Source: Chiloscyllium plagiosum
Taxonomy: Eukaryota
DNA: 20,000 bases
Reading direction: 5' to 3'
Assembly: GCF_004010195.1 (NCBI RefSeq)
Contig: NC_057728.1
Span: forward strand, 44,622,427 to 44,642,426
The first letter of the stretch is position 1, and every line of letters begins with the position of its first letter. The notes under the pieces are model-generated. The model had not been told where the DNA came from. It was given only the letters and a program-made list of their open reading frames with translations, and made no database searches. Shown here one piece after another: positions 10,730 to 20,000 of the stretch. A program made the position numbers and the translations under genes.

Positions 10730-13050
10730 GATTCTATTGTAATTATATGTGATTTTAGGCTGATATAGATTGGACAAACCATATTAGCAATAATATGATG
10801 GTAGATGAATTCCTAGCTTGTTTCCAGGATGGTTTATTAGATGAGTGCATTGAGGAACCAATTAGGGCATAGGCTATCCTAGGCTTAATATTATGCAATG
10901 AGAAAGGGTTTTTAATAACATTTAATAATAAAATTTAAATAACAATTAAAAATTGTGTTGCATGAAGTCCTTTTGAGGAAAGTGACCATAACATGAGAGA
11001 ATTCTTTGTTGGGTTAGAAAGTCAAGTGGTTCAATCCAAAACTCAGATCCAACTCTAAACTAAGGAATCTACGAAGATATGAGGCATGAGTTAACTGCGA
11101 TAGATTAGAGAAATCCATTAGAAGACATGACAGTGGATAAGAAATGGATAATATTTAAGAAATGACTGTTTGCATTGCAACTGTTACACATTTATCTCTA
11201 GTGCAACAGGAAAGGTAGTTGAACTATTGCTAAAAAAAAAATTAAGGATACAATTAGAGCCTAAGAGGAGTAACTTAGAATTTATCGAAGAAGGACCAAG
11301 AGATTGAATGGGGGAGAAATGGAGTATGAGAATAAAGTTGCAAGAAACATAGAAGTGGTTTGTAAAAATGTTAGTAAATGTGTAAAAAAATTAATGTAGG
11401 CAAATATATGTCCTGATAATCAACATCCCGAAGTATGAAAGAAGGGTGACCACGGATATAATGGAGATGTTGGTTGTCATTTTCCAAAATCGTTTAGATT
11501 CTGGAATAATTATGGAGGACTGGTGGATGACAAATATAACCCCACTATCAAAAAAAAAATGAGGAAAGGAGTAAATAGGCAATTACAAACTGGCTAACCT
11601 AATATTAGTAGGCATCAAAATTTTGCAGTCTAGTCTAATGAATATAACAACAGGACACTTAGAAATAATCAATGGGATTAGACATGGATTTATGCAAGTG
11701 AAACCATGTTGAACAAACCCATTGCAGGTCTTTGAGGAAAAATTATTAGAATTGAAAAGAGAGAACTGGTGGACATGGTGTATTTTTCAGAAAGCTTTTC
11801 ATAAAATCCTGCATTGGAGGTTAGCATACAAGATAAAAGCATATAGGATTGGAAGTAATAAACTGGATGGATTGAAAATTGATTAGCAGGCAGGTATTAG
11901 AGAGTAGGAATAAATGAGTCTTCTTTGGAGTTAAAGCCAGTGACTAGTGAGGTCCATAGCAACCTGTGCTTGGCCCCAGCTATTAGCAATATATCTCAAC
12001 CATTTGGATGAGGGAATCAAATGTGATATTTCAAGTTTGTTGATGACACAAAACTAAGGAGAAACTGTAAATGCTGAGGAAGAAATACTGAGCTTTCAAA
12101 CTAGCTTATCCAAGTTGAATAAATGGGTAAGTACATTGTGGATGTAGTATAGTATGGATTAGCATGAAGTTGTTTATTTCAGTAGAAGAACCAGCTTGCT
12201 CGAGTATTATATGATTGTGAGAGATTGTGAAGTGCTGATGAACAAAGAGATTGAAGGCCAAGTATGCAGGTGCAGCAAGGAGTTGGGAAGGAAACAGGTA
12301 TATTAGCCTTCATTGTAAGAGTATTTGAGGACAGGAGGAAAAAATGCTTTACTCCAGCTGTACAGAGCCATGGTGATAATTGTGTACAGATTTGTTTTCC
12401 ATTTTCAAAGAAAAATAGATTAGATTCCTGACACTGTGGAAACAGGCCCTTCAGCCCCACAAGTCCACACTGACCCCCCGAAGAGTAAGCCACCCAGATC
12501 CATTTCCCTCTGACTAATGGACCTAACACTATGGGCTATTTAGCATGGCCAATTCACCTAACCTGTACATCTTTAGACCATGGGAGGAAACTTGAGTATC
12601 TAGAGGAAACCCACGCAGACACAGGGAGAACGTGCAAACTCCACACAGACAGTCACCTGAGGCTGGAATCAAACCCAGGTCCCTGGCGTGGTGAAGCAGC
12701 AGTGCTGACCACTGAGCCACTGTGCTGCCCCAAAGAGAGTGGACATCAGACATCACCTGAATGACATCCTGGAATGATACATTTATTTTAGAGAGATTTG
12801 ATCATCCAGGCCTAAATTCACTGGAAATTTGAAGAATGAGAATGAAATTTCTAAAACTCTGACGAGGCTGAACAGATTCAATGCAGGGATGATGCTTCCC
12901 TGACTAGGTGTCATGATTCCATAATATGTGGTAGATGATTCAGGACTAAAGTAAGAAGAATTTCTTTCACTCAGAGTGTTAAACTTGTGAAATTTGTAAC
13001 CACATAAGGTGGAGGAGGACAACTCACTACATATATTTAATAAAATATAG
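10730..13050 (+). mobile_element. Long degenerate CR1 LINE ORF2 (APE endonuclease, RT, C-terminus) with an HE1 insertion
   Basis: APE-like DWTNHI...DEFLACFQDGLLD..IEEP.R..AIL.LILCNE and SDHNM; EDW..TNITPL.KK; HGFM..KPC; FQKAFHKI.H; KFVDDTKL (about 12033-12056); C-terminal RRISFTQ.V.NL-like segment. Confidence 0.88.
12416..12730 (-). mobile_element. HE1-type tRNA-derived V-SINE, full length
   Basis: A box TGGCTCAGTGG (12709-12719), B box GGTTTGATTCC (12665-12675), V-domain and CR1-like tail gctgaagggcctgtttccacagtgt..aatctaatctat. Possible TSD caaaga at 12406-12411 and 12731-12736. Confidence 0.95.
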
Positions 13051-13246
13051 CTGCCTGAAGCATGCGACTGTCAGCCTGACCAGGTTCAGCAGCCTCAGGT
13101 TCCAGACTAAATGGCCTCACATCAGTCCCTCAGAGCCCCGACCCACTCCTCCCCTCCATAGATCAAGTTACCTTGCTCCATCCACTGCAGATGTGGTCAC
13201 AGCTATTTCCTTGCCTTTGCATAGTTTTATTTCCAGCACAATGGAA

Positions 13247-13321
13247 AGTTCTGGATGTAGGTTTGCTCGCTGAGCTGGAAGGTTCATTTTGGGACGTTTC
13301 ATCACCCTACTAGGTAGTGAG
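13247..13321 (-). mobile_element. Penelope-like terminal fragment (third family) with partial hammerhead remnant
   Basis: Minus strand reads ctcac tacctagtagggtgat GAAACGTC ccaaaatgaaccttccagctcagcgagcaaacctacatccagaact. The GAA-ACGT-C half and a stem II hairpin remain, but CTGANGA is absent. Confidence 0.6.
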
Positions 13322-13461
13322 TTGTCCTCCTCCATCTTATGTGGTTGTGAATTTTAACTATTAGAGTTGATAGTTCATCGCTGTTTACTTGTGATTAAAA
13401 TTTACTAATTTATAATAAACAATAGTTATTCTTAAGAACAGCATGGTAGTTTATGTTTTGT

Positions 13462-13660
13462 ACTGGAGAGGCTCAGCAATACCTCATCTTCCATCTCAAT
13501 ACCTTACATCCCTCAACATTAGGTTTAACAATTCCGACATTTTACGCCTTCCTACATGTTCATTATACACCCCACACCGCCAGGTCTGTTCTGTATACAT
13601 TGCTCCCAACATAACCAACACATTTTCAACTATTTACACTTCCCATTAGCACCCATTCAG
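13462..13660 (+). mobile_element. Penelope-like ORF C-terminus (end of GIY-YIG region) plus pyrimidine-rich 3' sequence, degenerate
   Basis: From 13474 it translates QQYLIFHLNTLHP, then after a frameshift LNIRFNN. This matches the typical PLE C-terminal motif E..LIF.L.TL.P.GLN. Confidence 0.65.
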
Positions 13661-13662
13661 AT

Positions 13663-13860
13663 ATAATCCTTTCCCAGCATGCTCCATCTGCCAATTTTCA
13701 CCCATTTACATAACCTGTGTTTATTGTATCCCTCTATAGGTACCTGTGTCATCCTCACTACTTGTCTTCCCACCTATATTTGTGTCATAGTGATGATAGT
13801 ACATTCACTTACAGCATCCAAGTCATTGATGTACATTGTAAATAATTGTACTGACAGCAT
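13663..13860 (-). mobile_element. CR1 RT fragment
   Basis: Reverse complement gives QLFTMYINDLDAVSECTI...DTNIGGKTSSEDD...RLCKWVK, the RT catalytic region, degenerate. Confidence 0.75.
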
Positions 13861-14612
13861 TATTTATAATTTTTCAATGGATTAAATGTTTGCTTTGTGC
13901 AGGCTAATACATTCATCCTTAAGATTCTATAAGGTGGAAGCAAGTCTGAATTAATATAATGCGAACAACTAATTTTTTGTGAAATCCGAAAACAGGGAAC
14001 AGAAAATTCGAAGAAGCATGTGATAAGTGATACATCTGATATTGTCTATTTTACAGTGTTACTAAAAATGAAATTTGCCCCAGTAACATCAAATTATGGT
14101 GTTCTAAACATAGAATTGAAATTAAACTCAACAAAATATTGCTTGATATTTGATCGAATAAATGACATAATCAAAAATTTTAATCTCCTCCATTCTTCAG
14201 AGGTAGTCTTCAATCTACTTGAAGGCTGGCAAAGAGCATTAAGGTGGACTGCAAAAGCTCCTATTAATATGCAAAAAGAAAAAGATTAGCAAGGATAATT
14301 GCAATCCTATAACTGGTGGAGATGGGAGACTTTTTAGTGGAGAACAGAGAAATGGCAGAAAAACTAAACTGCTAATTTTCATCTGACGTCACAGAAAATG
14401 TATCAGTAAAATTTGGAATCTAAGGGGCATGTATAATTAAAAAACTAAAATAAAATACATATTGATAAAGCGATAGTTCTTGAAAGATTAATTTGATTGA
14501 AGTTTAACACATTTCCTGAACCAGATGAATTTCATCACTGAGGGTTGAAGGAAGTAGCAATAGAAATATTTGATGCATATTCTGCATAATTGTATAAATT
14601 CTGGAAAGGTTC

Positions 14613-14682
14613 TTGCTGACTGAAAAATCGCGAATTAAAGAATACTATTGCTGACTGAAAAATAGCGAATTAAAGAACACTA
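14613..14682 (+). repeat. 35-bp direct tandem duplication (2 copies, 2 mismatches)
   Basis: ttgctgactgaaaaatcgcgaattaaagaatacta (14613-14647) and ttgctgactgaaaaatagcgaattaaagaacacta (14648-14682). Confidence 0.95.
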
Positions 14683-14779
14683 TTTAAGAAAGGAGCAAGG
14701 GGATAATGGAGAAAATGGAGGAAAGTGGCTAATATCTATAATAAGGGATGTGATAAATAAACATTTATAACATTTACAA

Positions 14780-14880
14780 TTGTGTCCTCCACAACCACCT
14801 GATGAAGGAGCAGCACTTCGAAAGCTACTGCTTCCAATTAATCCTGCTGGACTATAACCTAGTGTTGTGCGATTTTTAAC
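14780..14880 (+). mobile_element. 101-bp Penelope-derived mini-insertion carrying a hammerhead, with 9-bp TSD
   Basis: TSD catttacaa at 14771-14779 and 14881-14889. It interrupts CR1 RT sequence and is homologous to 9895-9984 on the opposite strand. Confidence 0.88.
14796..14830 (+). ncRNA. Minimal type I hammerhead ribozyme motif (PLE-type, palindromic stem III)
   Basis: CAC-CTGATGA-A-GGAG(cagca)CTTC-GAA-AGCT-A-CTG. Core intact; stem II 4 bp with one G-U; AGCT palindrome; predicted cleavage after A14827. Stem I has a C-C mismatch next to the core. Confidence 0.75.
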
Positions 14881-15285
14881 CATTTACAAAAAAGTGGCAA
14901 AATTGGGTAGAGTCAACGTGGATTTATGAAAACAAAAGTAAAGTTTGACAGATGTTACTTGTAATATAGATAAAACATACGGCCGTGTATTTGAATTTTT
15001 AGAAAGCTTTTGATAAGGTCCCATTCAGGAAGTTAGTAAATAAAACCAGAGCACATCTGATGAGTGAGGGCTGGGGGACGGCTGGTAAATACAGTAGTAA
15101 GGTTTGAGAATTAGGTAGTAGACAGATATCAGAAAATAATATTAAACTAATCATTCACAGGATGATCACTTTTTTATGAGTTGAGATTAGTGTTCACAAT
15201 CTACACGAATATACAGTTTCCAAATTTGCTAATGAGTGGAAGTATACTTTGTGAGAATGGTGCAAGGAGTTTTCTAGAGGATTTG

Positions 15286-15369
15286 TTGAAACTTTATTGC
15301 TGGAACAGCACAGCAGGTCAGGCAGCATCCAGGGAACAGGAGATTCGACGTTTCGGGCACAGGCCCTTC
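15286..15369 (-). mobile_element. 84-bp Penelope-derived mini-insertion with 14-bp TSD, truncated inside its hammerhead core
   Basis: TSD ttctagaggatttg at 15272-15285 and 15370-15383. Body closely similar to 19759-19842. Minus strand reads GAAGA-A-GGGC(ctgt)GCCC-GAA-ACGT-C-GAAT. Confidence 0.9.
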
Positions 15370-15604
15370 TTCTAGAGGATTTGGGCAAGCTGTGTGAATG
15401 GGCTAGAGCAAGGCAGATGAAATGTTATGTAAACAGCTGTAGAGTTAATCACTTTGACAGAAAGAAAAAGAACAGCAGAATATTTCTTAAATGGCAAAAG
15501 TTTGGGAAATGTGGGTGCCCAAAGAGATCTGGGTGTTCTTGTCCATGAATCATCCAATGCTAGTATATAGTGCAGCAAACAAGTAGAAAGGCAAACGGTA
15601 TATG

Positions 15605-16557
15605 TATTTACAGTATGACTTAGGTGATGTATAGGGTAATGAATGTACCTACAGGCAAGTTTGCAGAATACACAAAACTAAATAGGAAGGCAAGCTGTAA
15701 GATGACGCAAAGAGTCTGCAGAGGGATACAGACAGGTTACGCAAATGGGTAACAACTTGGAAGGCAGGATATAATGCGGAAAAGTATGAAGTTATGCACT
15801 TTAGTAGTTAGAATAGGAGAGCTGAATATTATTAAAATGGAGAAATGGAGAAAGCAGTAGAATAGAGGGATTTGGGAATCTTTGTTCAAGAATCACAGAA
15901 AGCCAGCAACCAAGTTGAGCAGGTAATAGGGAAGTGAAGTGGAATGTTTACCTTTATTTCAAAGAAAATGTGGTAGAAAAATAGGGAGGCTGTACAAGGT
16001 ACGAGTCAGACCATTGCTGGAACACTGCACAAGTTGGGGCCCCAAATACAAGCATTAGAGATAGTCTAGAGAAAGTTCACTAAGCTGATACCAGTTATGG
16101 ATGGACTGTTTTATGATGTGAGGCTGGTTAGATTGAACCTGTACTCACTGGAATTTAGAAGAATGAGAGGCGATTTTATTGAAACATACAAGATTTTTAG
16201 TGTATTTGATAGAATTGATTTGGAAAGATTGTTTCTCCTTGCAGAAGTCTGAGATCAGAGGGCATTATATCAGAATAAAGGGTTGCACGCATAAAACAAA
16301 TGAGGATGAATTTAAATTCTCATAGAGTAGGAATTTGTGGAATTATTTACTGAGAGAGCTGATGATGTTGTGGCATTAAGTATATTCAATGCTGAGTAGG
16401 AAACATTTTTAATCAGTAAGGGAATCAATGGTTTTGAGGAATAGGCAAGAAAATGAAGTTGAGGATTATCAAATTGGCCATGATCTCACTGAATGACAGA
16501 GCAGTCTCAATGGGATGAACAGCACACTTGTGCTCCTACAGCCTGTGGTCTTATGGA
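15605..16557 (+). mobile_element. Degenerate CR1 LINE 3' part
   Basis: KFAE.TKL, KYEVMHF, RDLGIFVQES, VRPLLEHC, LNLYSLEFRRMRGDFIETYKI; 3'UTR ends gctcctacagcctgtggtcttatg. Confidence 0.88.
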
Positions 16558-16584
16558 CTCTAGCAAAATTTCATTGTTATTATC

Positions 16585-18306
16585 AGGTGAATTCATAATG
16601 GACAACAAAGACATGATGGTCTGGTTGAACAAATAATTTGGATCTGTCTTCACAAAGGAGGACATAGATAACCTTCAGGAAATGCTAAGGGACAGAGGAA
16701 GGAAGAACTGAAGGAAATCCTCATTCGTCAAAAAATGGTATTGGGGAAATTGATGGGATTAAAACCCAATAAGTCTCCAGGGTCTGATGCTCTGCTTCCC
16801 AGATTATTTAAGAAGTAGCCCTAGAAATAGACGACACATTAGTGATCATTTTCCAGAATTCTATAGATTTGGAAGAGTTCCAATGGACTGCAGGGTAGCT
16901 AATGTAATCTTACTTTCTAAACAAAAGGACAGAGAAAAAAAGCAGGGAATTATAGGCCTGTTAGCCTGACATCAGTATTGGGGAAAATGCTGGAGTCAAT
17001 CATTAAGGATGTAATAACTAAGTATTTGGAAAGCAGTGACAGAATTGGTCTTGGTCAGCATTGATTCACTAAAGGGAAATCATGCTTGACAAATCTTTTG
17101 GAATTTTTTGAGGGTGTTACCAGTAGAGTGGACAAAAGTGAATCAGTGGATGTTGTGCATCTGGACTTTCAAAAGGCTTTTGGCAAGGTCCTACACAGAC
17201 ATTAGTGAGGAAAATTAAAGCTCGTGGTGTAGGATGTTACGAATTGACATGGACACAGAAGTGGCTGGCACTCAGGAGGTAGACAGTGGCAGGCAATAAC
17301 GAGTAGGGTATTGCAGGGTTCAGTGCTAGGACCCCTAGCTGTTCACAATATACAGAAATTGAATGCAATATCTCCAAATTTTGAGATGACATGAAGCTGG
17401 GTGGCAGTGTGTGTTGGTAGGAGGATGTTAAGAGGCTGTGGGGTGATTTGGCAAGGCTGCTTAATGTACAAATACTTGGCTAATGCAATGTAATGTGAAT
17501 AAGTGTGAGGTCATCCACTTTAGTCACAAGAACAGGAAGACAGCTTATTATCTGACTGGTGGTGGTTTAGGAAAAGGTGAGGTGCAGCGAGACCTGGATG
17601 TCATGGTGGAACAGTTGCTGAAGGTTGGCATGTAGGAGCAGCAGGCTGTGAGGAAAGCTAATGGTATATGGGCCTTCATAGTGAGAGGATCTGAGTATCT
17701 GAGTAGGGATAGCTTCCTGCAGTTATACAGGGCCTTGGTGAGGCAACACCTTGAGTATTGTGTGCAGTTTTGGTCTCCTACTCTGAGGAAGGAAATTCTT
17801 GCTATTGAGGGAGTCCAGCGAAGGTTCACCCGACTGATCCCTGGGATGGCAGGACTGAAATATGAGGAAAGACCGGATTGACTGGGCTTGTACTCACTAG
17901 AACTTAGAAGAATGAGGAGGGAGTTTCATAGAAACATATAAAATCCTGACGGGACTGGACAGACTAGATATGGGAAGAATATTCCTGATGTTAGGGAAAT
18001 CCAGAAGTAGGGGGTCACTGTCTAAGAATAAGGGATAAGCCATCCAGGACAGCAATGAGGAGGAATTTCTTCACTCAGGGAGTTGTGAATCTATGGAATT
18101 CTCTCCCACAGGAAGCTGTTGGGGCCAGTTTGTTAGATATGTTCAAAAGGGAGCTGGACGTGAGCCTTGCGGCTAAAGGGATCAAAAGGTTTGGAGAGAA
18201 AGCGGGAATGGGATACTGAAATTGCTTGATCAGCCATGAATGATGGTGCGGGCTTGAAGGGCCAAATGGCCTACTTCTGCACCTATTTTCTATGTTTCCA
18301 TGTTTC
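16585..18306 (+). mobile_element. CR1 LINE, 5'-truncated pseudogene (tether, RT, 3'UTR)
   Basis: KSPGSD, VPMDCRVANV, KGKSCLTNLLEFFEGVT, LDFQKAFGKV, QGSVLGP, LYRALVRQHLEYCVQFWSP; tail ttctatgtttccatgtttc at about 18306. Confidence 0.95.
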
Positions 18307-18714
18307 AGCTGGAGACTGGGAGAAAGTCTTAGAATTTCTCAGCCACACCCTCTAAGTTGTGCTCAAATATGAAAGCAATGAAACTGACCCTGACATAACA
18401 TGAGCAGGATTTTTCAGTTTGTTTTCTAACATGCTACAACAAAGAAAAAATATATGATAGAAATTAATATAATCGAAACAATGTCATTCACAGCAATGCC
18501 TTTTAAAAAGAACTCCAATGTTATTCAAGTCAAAGAACTGTCAATTGACGTTAGACTATTCTGGTGTTGCAACACTTACTGTGATCAGTGATTACAGTGT
18601 CTCCTATGCGAAATGTTGTACCATTGCCCAAATACAAATAAAAGAATGAAGAAAAATTGCCCAGTTTTTATGGTGAGAATAACTGTTAGCCTTTCAACAT
18701 TTGCCATGCACGTG

Positions 18715-19050
18715 TAGGAAATGGAAGCAGGAAGAATCCTTTTGTCCCCTCAAGCTTGCTCTGCAATCAGTAATGTAATTAATAGATGATATTCTGGCTG
18801 GAAATATCTGAATGCCATTTTCCTGCACTAGTCCAATATCCCCTAATGTCTCTTTAATAGCAAGAACTTGATTGATCTCTTGTCTTGAAATTATTCCATG
18901 ATTGAATCTCCACATTCCATGACAGAGAATCCCAAGGATTCATCTCCTGCCCTGGAATGAAGATATTCTTTCTTATTTCAGTCCTAAATGACCTACCTCT
19001 TATTCTGAGTCTGTGACCCCTCGTTTGGGACCCCAACCCTGCTGACATCT
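18715..19050 (-). mobile_element. Degenerate CR1 3' end
   Basis: Minus-strand ORF SQTRGHRLRIRGRSFRTEIRKNIF...NPWDSL is the CR1 ORF2 C-terminus, followed by 3'UTR-like sequence. Confidence 0.8.
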
Positions 19051-19717
19051 ACTGTTTGGAGCCTACATGAATTTTGTCACTGCTTGTCTGTTTAATAAAG
19101 GAAATCTGAAAGCAACCTCTGTAGTTTGCAAGTTACTGTGTACATCCCAAAGTTGCTGCCATAGCTAATATACTCCTACACAATCATGCTGTTGGAGTAC
19201 TCCTCAGTACACTCAGAACTGAAATCATTGCACAGAAGATTTGGAAAGTGATGTAGTATGTTTTGTCAAATTTCATCCTGAGCAGTTCTGTAATGCAAGA
19301 CACTGTGCTCAATGTACTGTTTGCAGGGATGCAGACCAAACCAAATATCAAATACTGAGAGAGGACCATTGATTTAGTGAAAGGGGCTCTTTGGTCTGCA
19401 AAAAACCTGCTGGTCTTCCAGTGTACAGAGCTGTCAGTGCTACCTACTCCACTAATCAGCACTAATATTTCTTTTTACGTAACTTGCTTTATACTTCCTG
19501 TTTTAGACCCTGCTCTGAGAGGAGATTTCAATTTCATTGGGTGTTACTGTTCTTCCTTTTGTCTGCTCACAGCCAAGATTGCCTGTAGAGGATGTGATGT
19601 TGCGTTACTTGAAATCTCCACTGAGTTCAATGACCTTCAACATTGAGCATAATTCCTTCTCTGCTGATCTAAAACCCCAGGGCACTCTCCTTGTTGATTA
19701 TGGCATTTTATTGCATT

Positions 19718-20000
19718 CAGGAGAAAGTGAGGACTGCAGATGCTGGAGATCAGAGCTGAAAATGTGTTGCTGGAAAAGCGCAGCAGGTCAGGCAGCATCC
19801 AAGGAGCAGGAGAATCGACGTTTCAAGCATGAGCCCTTCTTCAGGAATGAGGAGAGTGTGCCAAGCAGACTAAGATAAAAGGTAGGGAGGAGGGACTTGG
19901 GGGAGGGGCGTTGGAAATGCGATAGGTGGAAGGAGGTTAAGGTGAGGGTGATAGGGCGGAGAGGGGGTGGGGGCGGAGAGGTCAGGAAGAAGATTGCAGG
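19718..20000 (-). mobile_element. Penelope-like retroelement terminus (pLTR/3' region), well preserved, running off the right edge
   Basis: ggagaaagtgaggactgcagatgctggagatcagagctgaaaatgtgttgctggaaaagcgcagcaggtcaggcagcatcc..., then the HHR motif and a G-rich tract. Same family as 15286-15369. CpGs are retained. Confidence 0.85.
19813..19848 (-). ncRNA. Minimal type I hammerhead ribozyme motif (PLE-type), core intact
   Basis: Minus strand: ATTC-CTGAAGA-A-GGGC(TCAT)GCTT-GAA-ACGT-C-GATT. GUC cleavage triplet, predicted cut between 19817 and 19816. ACGT palindrome in place of stem III; stem II held by two G-U wobbles. Confidence 0.8.

Larger units (their letters stand above)
14270..15603 (+). mobile_element. 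Degenerate CR1 LINE (tether to RT) with two PLE mini-insertions and a tandem duplication
   Basis: ENREMAEKLN, PEPDEFHH..LKEVAIEI, LFKKG, FQKAFDKVP-like, SKFAN, LEDLGKLCEWARARQMK, RDLGVLVHES remnants. Confidence 0.85.

Noticed and set aside
10445..10777. 110-aa minus-strand ORF as a CDS
   Set aside because: It begins inside antisense CR1 sequence and has no recognisable domain or clear splice signals.
14613..14682. CRISPR-like 35-bp direct repeats
   Set aside because: Only two abutting copies with no spacer, derived from CR1 ORF2, in a vertebrate context.
19140..19220. Faint resemblance to a DeuSINE remnant (acatcccaaag..., actcctcagtac)
   Set aside because: Matches are too short and degenerate to support without a profile search.
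19537..19878. 113-aa ORF with a possible splice acceptor (cttccttttgtctgctcacag, about 19552-19572)
   Set aside because: Its 3' half is antisense Penelope terminus, the peptide is unrecognisable and no convincing donor follows.

Overview
Eukaryotic non-genic DNA, almost entirely repeat-derived. The repeat families (CR1/HER1-like LINEs, HE1-type V-SINEs, Penelope-like termini) point to a cartilaginous fish, probably a shark; this is recognition from memory, not a database search. I found no intact protein-coding gene: the listed ORFs are broken CR1 ORF2 pieces, antisense reads of repeats, or short chance ORFs. The window holds about ten decayed CR1 fragments on both strands, two HE1 SINEs, two other SINE insertions with target-site duplications (TSDs), one or two putative solo LTRs, and about seven Penelope-like element (PLE) fragments. 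The most notable signal is a set of minimal, dimer-type hammerhead ribozyme (HHR) motifs in the PLE termini. Two keep intact catalytic cores (14796-14830 +, 19813-19848 -) and three are decayed. Two of the motifs sit in very small (84 and 101 bp) TSD-flanked insertions made of little more than the ribozyme plus the element end. A repeat-free island at about 8.4-9.7 kb is rich in TGTCA/TGACA and carries a TGATTTAT motif, so it is a candidate enhancer.
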